The position numbers and the translations under genes are program-made. From positions 87,440-151,439 of the forward strand of contig MU005980.1 in assembly GCA_010093745.1 (NCBI GenBank): a stretch of DNA of 64,000 bases, in the 5' to 3' direction. Positions 47,650-58,708 of the stretch are shown here, piece by piece. Origin of the DNA: Piedraia hortae CBS 480.64. Taxonomy: Eukaryota. Position 1 is the stretch's first letter; every line of letters begins with the position of its first letter. The notes under the pieces were generated by a model. It was not told where the DNA came from, made no database searches, and worked only from the letters and a program-made list of their open reading frames with translations.

Positions 47650-47710
47650 GTTTTGGCCAGTCATCAGTCATCTACGTCATGATACAGTAAGTCGTTCTGC
47701 TTACTGGGAA
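47650..47710 (-). promoter_or_regulatory. Conserved upstream element of the array genes (CRE/AP-1-like TGACGTA and TGAC repeats)
   Basis: + strand GTCATCAGTCATCTACGTCATG.TACAGTAA about 80-110 bp upstream of the ATG. Variants at 50329, 53477, 54737, 56341, 57636 and 60009. Confidence 0.55.
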
Positions 47711-47929
47711 TGTTGATGACTGGAAAGCACTGCAGGTGCCTTCAATTGGTGCGGAGAACAAGTTAGCGTCGAGACGAACAGAGGCGAGAAGTGAGGCGGT
47801 CTAGGCTTTGTCTTAACAAACAACCTCTCTAGCGCACACTAGTATATAAAGATACAAAATTTCAGTCCGCCATTGTATGCCCTCGTGTTGATCTCGATTG
47901 AAGCCATCTACATGTTCCGCTCTGACAGA

Positions 47930-48981
47930 CTCACTGCCAGAAGGAACCGGTGGTCGTATTTGCCGTGATAGGGTTTGATCACTGTAACATGCATCCTGTC
48001 TTTGCAGTTCGCTGCTGCGATTGACCTTGACGTGGTGGCCCTGCTTACTGCAAAATCGGTCCAGCTGCTCCAGGTCCTACCAACTGCAGTCTACGAGCAT
48101 AGCTTTGAACAAACTTGCAGAACACGCGAGCTGTCACAGATGGTGCAGAATGGGTTCAGACAGCCTCTATAATGACTAGATCGTAACGACTTGGAGGTCG
48201 TCACGAGATCGGTGGTAGCTATGTAGTGCACGATGCGGCCTGTACCGCGTAGACTCGCCCACGTCCTGTTCCGTACGTCCGAGACTATCCATAACACGAG
48301 CCTCGAATTGTACCTGTGCACAATTGTCACGACGCGAGGCTGAGGACGAGAGGTCGGGGCCGGGGGATCGATGAGAGACAAGGGCAAGAGGCTTAAAGCA
48401 ATGGGCGATGGACGAGAGGACTTTTTAGACCCTATGTAGCCAGAGAACAACGCATGAAAAATAGAATAGAGAAGTCTGTGCCGCCTGAGTGTATGCCGCA
48501 GAGTGGGGCAACCAAGCTCGGGTCGTGGACGGACCGAGCCATTCCGCATGACGTAGGCCATGAGTCCTGACAACAATGTACCAGCTGTACATGAGTCCTT
48601 GGTATTTCGACTTACATCCAGGTCAGGTCCCATGTTCGCGATTCCTTTCAAAAGAGCCAGCAATTCGTCATTCTGAAAGTGTTGCTCAAGCTCGTGTCCC
48701 ACATCTGACATCAACTTATCCAGGATGGAAATTAATAGAAGTTATTTGTATTTGTCGTTGCCTCTACTAATCGTTCCGGGTTATTCGGTGTATGGTAAAC
48801 CAGCAGACTTCCAGCATTCTTCGAAGAAATCTGACGGCTTCCTTCGGACCAGGCTTCAATTGCAGTTTCATAGTGTCAACAAAGTTTCCGAGCAGGCGGT
48901 AGTTTTCATCTGCAGCGCCTGGACTGATCATGGGTTCTACTATGGCCGGGAATTACTAGACGTGCCGCTTTGAGCAATCAT
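47930..48981 (-). pseudogene. Lsb5-like VHS paralog, copy 3 (pseudogene)
   Basis: Frameshifted exon 1 (...GPKEAVRFLRRML); donor mutated to GGAAGT; TAA at 48742-48744; solo LTR inside the WxIVH codons. Ends approximate. Confidence 0.75.
48325..48572. mobile_element. Solo LTR, family B
   Basis: TGTCACGAC...GTCCTGACA (8/9 inverted match). 5-bp TSD ACAAT at 48320-48324 and 48573-48577. Confidence 0.88.
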
Positions 48982-49205
48982 GAATTCCTAGGGGGAACCG
49001 CTGAGCGTAAAGATGGGAAGAAGAGAAAGATACAGCGGCCAATCTTTGGCTCAATGAGCAATCTAGCTACCTTAAGCATGTATATGAAAGTACAACGTCC
49101 TAGCTCCTTATCAAATGCCCTTGTATTCAGCTCAACTTGACTTTGCGCAATAGTTGGCTCTTGAAAGTTGAGTAACAGGAAGGATCAGCCGCGTGACAAG
49201 CTTGC

Positions 49206-49936
49206 TTACCGATGCAGAAACCCTAGTAAAGCTGCTCTTAGCCGCGCTTCTCTGCGTCGTGCTGTTCCCTGCTGTACCGCTCCTTGCTGCGCCGTTCCTT
49301 GTTGGGCTATTCCTATTGGGGTTGTTACTGTCTGTGCTGCTCCTTGTTGTACCGCCCCAGCCTGCACTGCCCCGTGCTGTGCCGTTCCTGTATGTGTTGC
49401 ACCTTGCGGCGACAACTCTCCCTGCTGCGAAGGTTGTCTAGCCGCGTCTGGATTTACCACTCGCCTCTCCAGTGGGATACGGCTGAACAACTGTGCGAAG
49501 CGCTTGAGTTTCACATTATTCTTGTCCACAATCGACCAGTTGAGCATGACTTCTTGTGATTTTCGCCTCACATCAGGGTGAGGCCCTAGGATCCCTATCC
49601 ATGTTAACTGTTCCTGTAAGTCGTCGTCATTGAGCCCATCCTGCAACCCAAAGTCCACGCTTGACAATCAATTGTCCAGAATAACAATAGCTCTCATTTG
49701 TTGGTGCCTAAGTTTTGTTTTGCTGATTGTATTTGGTTAGTCGGGCACATCATGAACCTAAAGACTTACAGGATTTGGAAAATTCGCCACGCGGCTTCCC
49801 TTGCGCCAGTCCTTGGCTGTTGTCTGATATCGTCCACGATGGACCTTATCCCAGCGAGTTCTTCTTCTGCAAAGTGCGGTTTTACTAAATTTTCAATCTG
49901 GCCGAATATGGCAGTGTAAGGTATTGATCCGAACAT
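49206..49936 (-). pseudogene. Lsb5-like VHS paralog, copy 4 (single premature stop)
   Basis: Exon 1 MFGSIPYTAIFGQIENL...GAREAAWRIFQIL; intron 49723-49769; in-frame TGA at 49668-49670. Otherwise a sister of copy 2 (same FLHR* end). Confidence 0.72.
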
Positions 49937-50018
49937 GGTGGGGAGTGGAATATTTGCAGATGTCTATGAAGCATCAAAACTCTTATTACATTGTTGACGG
50001 AATTTGGGGGTTGGTCTG

Positions 50019-50324
50019 TGTCGGAGGCGCGAACATCCGAGGACTAAAGAGGAGCGGATATCGACGACCAATGTTTTCAATCAACTTTGACTGAAAAAGT
50101 GAAATGTAGATGTCTATGTCTATCTGAGGTGAGGTTCGAAATCTTCCCCACACTACCTCAGTCTAACCGCATTCGCCAAGACAACGTCAGCGAACCATGC
50201 CCTTAAGCATGAACGAGACAATGACCCGTCCCAGGGAGAACTTCCTCTATAGAGTTTAAAACCCTGAGAAGTTTCGACTTCTATCTACAGTTCTGGTCAT
50301 GGTAGGTGCCACATCCTTCTGACA
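50019..50324 (-). mobile_element. Solo LTR, family A
   Basis: TGTCGGAGG...CCTTCTGACA. 5-bp TSD GTCTG at 50014-50018 and 50325-50329. Matches 11281-11585. Confidence 0.92.
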
Positions 50325-50539
50325 GTCTGTCATCAGTCATCTACGTCATTTTACAGTAATCGATCGTGCTTGTTTAGCCATTGGTTCGGGAATTTTGATG
50401 AACGGGAATTGTGGCACGTGTCTTTTGAGCATAAGCAATATCGATAGCGCACTCATGTATATGAAAACACAACATTTCAGTCTCCCACTAAATGCCCTTG
50501 TATACATCTTGATGGAGGTTTCCTGATAACTCAGCTTCT

Positions 50540-51173
50540 GCAGGCCGACTAGCAGAGAAGATAGACGGCTGTATTTGCTCGAATTGGTTCAATCGTTTCC
50601 ATTATGCTCCATATCTTGATGTACCTTAGCCTGATGCACCTTGCTGCAACGGCTCTCCCTACTGTAAAGGCTGCCCAGCTGGTCCTGGGTCTATTAATCG
50701 GTTCATGCAGGAATTGCTTCTTAACAACTCTGAAAAACGCTCGAGTTCCACACTGTCATTGTGCGCAATCGACCACCCGAGCATGATTGTTTGGCATTCA
50801 CATTTTACATCATCATCCGATGCCCCTACCGCTACCTTCGTCCAAAGGTTCAGCAACTTGGAATTTTTGAAATTATGCCGAAAATTTTCTTTCACATTTG
50901 ACAGCAACTCGTCCAGGATAACAAGCAGTCATATTTATCTGTTTCTGTCGTTATTTTTTCTCATCATCTTGGGTTAGTCGCGAACATGGTGGACCAAAAG
51001 ACTCAAAGATACTTCCTGATGAACCGCACGGCTTCGGCCGCGCCAGTCGTTGGGCGTGAATTAAGAACATCTACCAGAATATTGAACGCGCATAGGTCTT
51101 CTGCGGTAAGACCTGGCCTTAACATGACTTCAACTTGAGTGGAAACGGCAGTGTAACACTCCGTGTAGGATAT
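50540..51173 (-). pseudogene. Lsb5-like VHS paralog, copy 5 (pseudogene)
   Basis: Expected start is ATA (51171-51173). YTAVSTQVEVML...GAAEAVRFIRKYL; donor TTGAGT; TAA and TGA at 50935-50937 and 50929-50931; DDDVKCECQTIMLGWSIAH. Confidence 0.75.
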
Positions 51174-51522
51174 GATAAGACATGTGAAACATGGTTGGAT
51201 ATTTGACACACGATAAAACTCTCATTATATCGTTGAGGGAAGGTGGGGTGGGTTTAGTCATCTGAAATCCACACACAACCATCAAACATAGCTGAAAAGA
51301 CAGATAGTATGTACGAGTGAGAACGATGGATGGAGAATAGAGATGTGTTTATGAGTGAATACAAGTATATCTTCGAGGGAACATCACAGAGTATATTCTG
51401 GGCTGGAAGGCCCGTGCGTAGCCTCGTATGAAGAGTCATCGATTGTATGACCGTAAGCAAGTGGTTATGCATGCAGTAAGACTGTCAGCATGCAATCTTA
51501 CTCCATGACTCACCTCAAACAG

Positions 51523-51620
51523 TAGCAGGGCGCATTCACCATGTCGAATGCGACATGACCCTGAGGGAAACCTCCGTGAGGACAAAACCTAGGGTGCAGC
51601 TACTGTTTTAAGAGGTGTCG
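51523..51620 (-). repeat. Partial inverted copy of the 36785/37101 LTR-like unit
   Basis: Reverse complement reads GCTGCACCCTAGGTTTTGTCCTCACGGAGGTTTCCCTCAGGGTCATGTCG...ATGGTGAATGCGCCCTGCTA. Confidence 0.75.
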
Positions 51621-52865
51621 CGCAGTGGCATCGTACACTGATAGCAACGAGACTTCATGCCAGCAATAGCCTTAACGCAGTCATTTTTGACCGCCGGACC
51701 TAGAGGTTTAATCTACCAGCTTGTTGACTGTGCATGTTTTACTGCGCGACAAACCTGCCGCGGATCATGCCAGAATACACCATTCCGTGCAAGGTGTCGG
51801 TGCCGCACATGATAACCACCCGCGCAACTCGAGCTCCGGTCATTACAATACTTGGTGTGTCAGCCGTCTCTGCGTTGTTCCATGGATGCACGAGATTGCA
51901 TTTTATGCTGGGTCCACTCAGAAATGACTGGCCAGATGCGCAAGGTCTTCAAAGGTTTTGAACCGACGCACCGCAAACGCACAATGTCGCAAACAATTAA
52001 TTGGTGATTCATATCAAGGATAATATGGTAGAATATTGGACAGTAGTTTGCCAATGATCGATATGTCGCTCGTGGTGCGATGATGTCTTGATTGATATTG
52101 GTATGACATGATCATCAGGGCTCCTTTAAAGTGCGATCGCAGAACGTGGACACCAGAAGGATACGACCGTCTGTTACGTTCCAAGGGATCTCGCAAGAAA
52201 GCATCTCATGCTTTTGAGAACATTCCAGGGCCATTGACGTGAGGCCTATACGAATAAAAAGCGCAGAAAGTTAGCCCATTGAATTTTTCGATTGTGCATC
52301 TTTACATTTCCTGAAATTTCAACTCTAATATTCGACTACTCACGAGTCTTTGCGACAACCACGCGTTTTGATGTGCCAAGATGACAGGATATGACGGTCT
52401 GCGTTGTCAATCAATCATCATCGCAGCTACACAACGTAATTCATGAAACTTTCACACAGCTGAACCGAATGTAAGGATGACCACTGGAAGAAGTCAAAGA
52501 TCCTAGCCATTAAGACTTTCAATGCACACGCTTTCACTCCCCTTTGCACCGGGATCATGTTCCTTAAAGCGTAGAAAGTACAGGGAGATACGGCGCTGAA
52601 GTCTTTGGGTTAAAAATTAACCTCTCTAGCGTACATTTGTGTATTAAACATACAACATTCTAGTCCATCATCAAACGACCTTGTTTTCTGTACGATCGGA
52701 GCGAGTGCTCGCTCCTTCACATTGACTAATAGAAGGGGTGTGTGACAGGCTTTGCTGCTGTTGGCTTGTCCACTGTTGCGGGCAATTTTGCTGTGTTGCT
52801 TTATTCTGTGCTGTTCCTTGATGTGCTGCTCCAAGCTGTTCAGCTCCTTGCTGTGACGATTCTCC

Positions 52866-53389
52866 CTACCGCAAAGCCTGCCTAGTTGCATCCAGTTCCA
52901 CCAAGCAATCTTTAGGATGAATACGTTTCAACAGCTTTGAGAAACGTCTAAGATTCGACTTCTTCTTGTGCACAACCGACCATCTGAGCATGAGCTTCTG
53001 ACATGTCTGGCTTACATCCTTATCAGATGCCATCATCGCTGTGCATACCAAACGATCCAGTAGCCTGGTGCTATCGAAATAATGCTGGTAATCTCGCCCT
53101 ACACTTGATAACAAAGCGTCCAGGATATAGAGCAGCCGGATACATTTGTGCTTGTCATCTTCCTTGCTGATAATCTTGGTTTAGGATAGGCTTACACACA
53201 GTGGACGAAATATACTTACAGCTTTTGTCGAATAGCTCTCGTGGCGTCCTTTGGACCTTTCTTCCCCTGCTGTCTAATCGTTTCAACGAGGATTCCAATT
53301 TGAACGTCATCTTTCTCGGGGGTGTCTGGCCCTATCATGGACTCAATTTGAGTGACCACAGCAGTCTTAGAATGCTTCTTGAAAAACAT
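52866..53389 (-). CDS. Lsb5-like VHS paralog, copy 6 (VHS intact, tail truncated)
   Basis: Exon 1 MFFKKHSKTAVVTQIESM...GPKDATRAIRQKL; intron 53167-53219. TAG at 52866 where paralogs have CAG; Q-rich reading continues past it. Confidence 0.65.
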
Positions 53390-53735
53390 GATTAAATGTG
53401 GCATGCAGTGGAATGCACGTTAACTGTTGAAACACTTAAGATATGGTCGAGGGCAAGTTGAGAAGGCTTGGTTACCTATCATCTACGTCATGTTACACTA
53501 ATTTGTTCTCCTCGTTCGGTCATTGGCTCAGAACTTTTCTCATGACTAGCGGTTGCCACAGAGATTACATTAATCAAAGGAATTTAAACGGCCAAAAGGC
53601 TAAGGGAAATATACTGCGGCGAAGCCTCTAGCTTAGCAATCTTGCGAGCGTATATCCTTGTATATAAAAATACACTATTGCATTCCCTCACTCAATGCCT
53701 TAGCTCAGAGTCTCCAGTGTTCCCCAAGAGTTAGA

Positions 53736-54653
53736 TTACCCCGTTGAAGGTAGGAGACCATTTGCAGGACCTTGAGAGGCGGGGTCAGGCACAAGACCTC
53801 GTGTGGCGGGACCAGACGCAAAGCCTTGGGAGACCTGGCCACGAGCAGGATCCCTGGAGACGGTGGCTGTAATGTAGTCATATCTCACCATGGCGATTCC
53901 AAGTCCCTCGATACCATACTCCAAGTAGCGAGTCTCTATCCGGTCAGTTGAGGCAGATAAGTTGTCTATCAAGCCCTGGATAATTGTCTGGCACTTCTCC
54001 CTGAATTGTCGTGAATCTTCAAATATCGTATGATCAGCCCTTTCCGCTTCCACGTTATTCAGGATTTTGTGGAGTCGCCGTGCATACTCCAGAGCTATGT
54101 CGACGGAAATTGCGTACCTGGGTATGCCACGTGGAATGGTGGAAGGTTGTGTAGTTCCCTTTTGTCTTATCAACCACTTGTCATGGGGAACGTCTCTGAA
54201 CATCTCCGCGAAACGTGTAAGTGAAGGAGTATAATTGTGAACTCTCGACCACTTGAGGATGAGTTCTTGGCATTTTCGTCTTACGTCCCTCTCATACGTA
54301 TCTGTTGCGACCCATAGCAAACGGTCAGATAGCTTGGGATCGCGGTTGAAATGGTGTTGTAATTCTTCTTCCACATTTGCCAACAGTCCGTCTAGGACAA
54401 CAAGCAATCGAATCTGTTTGTGCCTGTTGTTCTTCTTGCTGATAATATTCGGTTAGTCGTATACATAACAGACAGAAAAGACTTACAGCATCTTGCGAAT
54501 TCTTCTTGAGGCTTCGTGTTCGCCAGCATCGGGTTGTGATGTAATAGATTGAATGAGGCCTGTGAGACCGATGTAGTCATTTTCTGGAATATTTGGTTCA
54601 GTCATGGCTTCAATTTTTCTGGTAACGGCAGTGCGAGGTCTTTTGAAGAACAT
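53736..54653 (-). CDS. Lsb5-like VHS-GAT paralog, copy 7
   Basis: Exon 1 MFFKRPRTAVTRKIEAM...EASRRIRKML; intron 54439-54486. Exon 2 completes the VHS domain and adds a helical GAT-like segment (ARRLHKILNNV...FREKCQ...LGIAMVRYD). Confidence 0.78.
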
Positions 54654-55119
54654 GATGAAGAATGTAGACTGCGTTTGGATGTCTGACAAGTATTAAAACT
54701 CTCGTTATATCGTCGAGAGAGGGTGGGGATGGGTTTGTCATTTGCCATCCACGTCATGTTGAAGTCATCTGTCCCACTGCTTCGGTCATTGTTCCGCGAC
54801 TCTTCTGATGACTGAAGTTGCCGCAAGTGACAGTTTACATGAAATAGTTTGCACAACGGCCTTAATCACTTTTAACTGCAGGTAAATAACCACAGATAAA
54901 AACTTACATCGCTAGTTAATATCAGATGGTATCCATCCAAGGATCCAAGTAAACAGCCATAAGCAAAAAAATTGATTGAACACGTGAAAGAGAAGATGCA
55001 CTACAACAAACCCCGTCAGCGAACGAAATCGCAAGCTACTCATGTATATAAAAATACACCAGTCCAAATCCCTTCCAAATTCCCTCCCACATCGCCACCA
55101 GCAATCCTAAACCATGCGA

Positions 55120-56258
55120 CTACCCCGAAGAAGCTTGCCCAGCCAAAGCATCCGGGGCATAGAGCTCGACCGCAGCGTCAAACCTAGCGATAGCACCCTC
55201 CAGTTTCTCAAACCCTTCCCGCATAAAAAGAGCCTCCATTGGGTTTTTTGAAGCATTTACTTCTCTTTTCAGGTCCTCGTAAACCGTATTGCAATTTTGC
55301 TTGATTTCCTGGACAATAGGAAGGATGGCGGGGTCCCCCTGTCTCAGCTCCATGGATCTAATGGCCGCGTCGAGCTTATTGGCAAATCCCGAAGTCTGAT
55401 CGCTGAAGACGCGATACTGAGAATGGAGGTTTGGGCGCTCGAGTTGACTGGGTCCTGCTGGGTGTTTGGGCTTTGCGAGTTGGGTGGAAGGAAGGTCATT
55501 GGACTTGGTCATTTTGGGCGCAGTGGGTTCTCGTTGCGACGAGGGAGAGGTGGGGGATGGAGTTTGTTGGGATGACTGGTGGGCAGGAGTGGTCGAAAGC
55601 CGCCCTTGATGTGAGGTACTTGTCCGTTTTAAGGAAGTATCTTTCTGTATTGCTTCTTGCAGGGTTGCGTCTTCCCTTGTTGCCTCTTGCTGAGTTGTTT
55701 CTTTCCAAGTTGCTCTCTGCTGCGACGCTTCTTGCTGTGCCGACTCCCGCTGCAAACGCCGTACAGTAGCCCTTGTTCTTCGCCTCTCGTCTCGACGGAC
55801 AAGCCTGTGCCTCACTGACAGTCGCCAGGACTCGGCACTGTCCTTGTGCGCAATCGCCCATCTGGCAAACATGTCTTGGCATTTCTGCCTTACGTCCTCA
55901 TCAGGTGCCTCTGATGCTACCCAATCCAAACATTTCACCAACTTATTGTTGGAAAAATTATGAGGAAATTTAGATCCCACGCTTGACAAGAAATTGTCCA
56001 GGAGAACGAGGAGACGAATTTGTTTATGCTTTTCATTTTGTTTGCTTATCTTGTCAGATTAGTCGCACAAATAGGAAAGAAAGGGACTTACAGATTGTTT
56101 GAAATATGATATACGGCTGCGGTCGCCACGATTGGCGAATTTATACCAAGAACTTCAACGAGGTCATCGAACCTACCGATGTCTCCTTCTGCGATGTCTG
56201 GCTTAATCATGAATTCAATCTGTTCGGAAACGGCTGTGTCAGGTGTCTTGAACGACAT
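55120..56258 (-). CDS. Lsb5-like VHS-GAT paralog, copy 8
   Basis: Exon 1 MSFKTPDTAVSEQIEFMIKP...; intron 56045-56091 with an AAG acceptor. VHS, QQEAT repeats, then GAT-like ANKLDAAIRSME...KQNC...LEGAIARFD. Confidence 0.72.
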
Positions 56259-56829
56259 GATAGTTAATGTTCAAAATATTCGGGTTTGTCAAGGTGTCGG
56301 GAAGCTCAATACATCGTTAAGAATGGGTGGAGGTGGGTAAGTCATCAGTCATCGATGTCATGTTACAGTGATCCCTCCTACCTGTTTCTGTTCTTGGTTC
56401 ATAAGTCTTCTGGTGACTGAGCTTGCCAACGGGATCACGTTGGACAGTCATCACTCGTCACATGAAACGACATCCGTAGGAAGAAATTCTCATACCCCCG
56501 CTTGTAAGCACCCTTCATCAACGAATCAAATGATACAACTGTCAGTGGAAAAGCAATCGTGAGATACACCGTCATCAACTCTCGAAGCCATTCTATACCT
56601 ACTTCAAGATATACAAACCCGGGTGGACGGCCATAAGCGATATATGCTGAACATAAAGATGGACTGATGATAGAGGAGTCATGCGGTGAAGCCCCTGGTG
56701 TAACAATCGCACTGATGTATGTAAAGATACAACATTCCAAAAATGCCCTTATGCTCAAATTGATCCCAGCCTCCTGACCGCTTGGTTCCTTCAGGCCGGC
56801 TAACGGAATATACAAACATGATGGGTGGA

Positions 56830-57552
56830 TTATTGTTGCAAGCAACTTTGCCGTGGTCGTCCCTGTCGTTCCGTTCCTCGCAGTGGTGCTCCTAGCTGTG
56901 ACGCAACTAGGTGTAGGACCCCATATTGTGGCAGTATATGTCGTAATGCTGCACCATGTTCTATCAGTATTGCCTCCGAAACCTGTCCCGGTTGCTGAGT
57001 CTGTCCCTGCTGCGAAGCCCTTCTCTGCTGTGAAGTCTGTTCAGAAGGAAGGACCAACGGCCCTACCACCCACCTGTCTCGGGGAACATTTGTAAACAAG
57101 GTCGAGAATTGCCTTAGGTCCTCCTTCTCCCAGAGCACAATTACCCAGTTGAGCAAACATTGTTGGCATAGTCGTTTAACCTCGACGTGACATGCATCCG
57201 TCGCTAGGAGCAACAGACGGTCCACGAGCTTGTCGTCTTCGTTGAAATCATGGTGATATTCTGGTGGCATGTTCAGCAGCAAACGGTCCAGGATGTCCAG
57301 TAGTCGGAGTTGTTTGACCCTGTCATTTATTTTGCTGGTCATTTTCAGTTAGTCGTACACACATCAAAGCAAGAAGACTTACAGCCTCTTGCGGATGAAT
57401 CTAGCGGCTTCCGTCGCGCCAGTCGGTTGCTCTGCGATGTGTGCAATGAGGGTTCGAACCGAATTTCCAACTCCTAGGTCACTTGTGATGTCTGGCCTTA
57501 TCATGCATCCGAGCTGAATGGAAACGTTGGTGTAAGGTTTCTTGGGAAACAT
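56830..57552 (-). CDS. Lsb5-like VHS paralog, copy 9 (short Q-rich tail)
   Basis: Exon 1 MFPKKPYTNVSIQL...QPTGATEAARFIRKRL; intron 57335-57382; exon 2 KQLRLLDILDRLL...LVDRL...EVKRLCQQCLLNW. Confidence 0.75.
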
Positions 57553-58149
57553 GGTGGATATTGTCAAAATGTATCTGAATGTTTTGTCAGAGTATCCAAA
57601 GTCTTGTTGTATCGTTGGGGGAAGGTGGGGGATCTGTCATCTGTACAGTAATCGGTCTTGTTGGTTCGCTCATTGGTTCGGGACTTTTTTGGTGACCAGG
57701 TCTACTGCAGAGAACACTGAGCACCACTCACACGAAACACGACTCAAACTAAACACACAAATACCTCGCCGCAGAACAGCAATTACAAAGTCACCACACG
57801 TACAATTGCATCCAGCCAAAGTCCTACACTCAATCTCGTTCCTCGGCGTAGCTTTCCCCACGGCGAAATCAGCTCCCTGAACCGCACCTGATCATATCTA
57901 CCTCTATTACCAGCTACTTTATCTGAGCATCCAACGTTCCCCACATCACCTTGAAAGAATGACCGATTATGCAAATCTATCAGCGCCACTTATCGGCCAA
58001 TTGAGGCTCGTCCCGTCTTGATGTACGTTTGTCGATAGCCCAGAAAACTCTCAGCGAGTGCCACCGCCCCATGATGTGAAGCTTGGAAGAGGACGGGCGT
58101 TAGTGAAGGTGCGCCTTTGCGCGTCCCATGAAAAGGTAAGGCAAGAGCG

Positions 58150-58540
58150 AATTACACATCCACTAGCCTCCATCAGCAGCCGGCCAATCAATGTGAGGCC
58201 CGTCTCCTCTCAGCTAGTAGACGTTAGTATGTTGGGCCTTGCGACATAAACGGCAGGACGGACCTAGCCTCCATCAGTTGCTGGCTAATCAGCTCAACGG
58301 TCTTGGGGTTGATTGAAGGAGGGCTAACGCTAGTGTGTGTGCGTTTGCGGATGGAACCGAAAGCCCCACATCGCATCTGGAACATAAGAGGTGAGAGCAT
58401 GTTGCGTATCCACTGGCTTCCGCCAATTGCCGGCTAATTTTCTTGGCTGTCTCGGGTCAACTGGAGAAGGCCTAACGCTAGTGGGTGTACATAAACGGCA
58501 GGAGGGGCTTGAACATCCACTAGCGTCGGTCAGTCGGTAG
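58150..58540. repeat. Degenerate repeat of about four units
   Basis: CATCCACTAGC(C/G)TC..TCAG-like motif at about 58156, 58264, 58407 and 58514. ACATAAACGGCAGGA and CTAACGCTAGTG each occur twice. Confidence 0.6.
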
Positions 58541-58708
58541 TTCGCATTCATACAACCCAATAATAGACCATAAGCAATATATCCAGAGCACAGGAACGAA
58601 CAGAGAAACAATGAAGCCCTGGCTAGCAATTCAGTAGCATACTAAAGTATATAAAAACAACAGCCCAACCCCTCTCTAAATGAACTTCTATGGATGCTGC
58701 ACTGGTTC

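Noticed and set aside
48091..48714. 207-aa ORF as an independent gene
   Set aside because: It is exon 2 of pseudogene copy 3 reading through a solo LTR.
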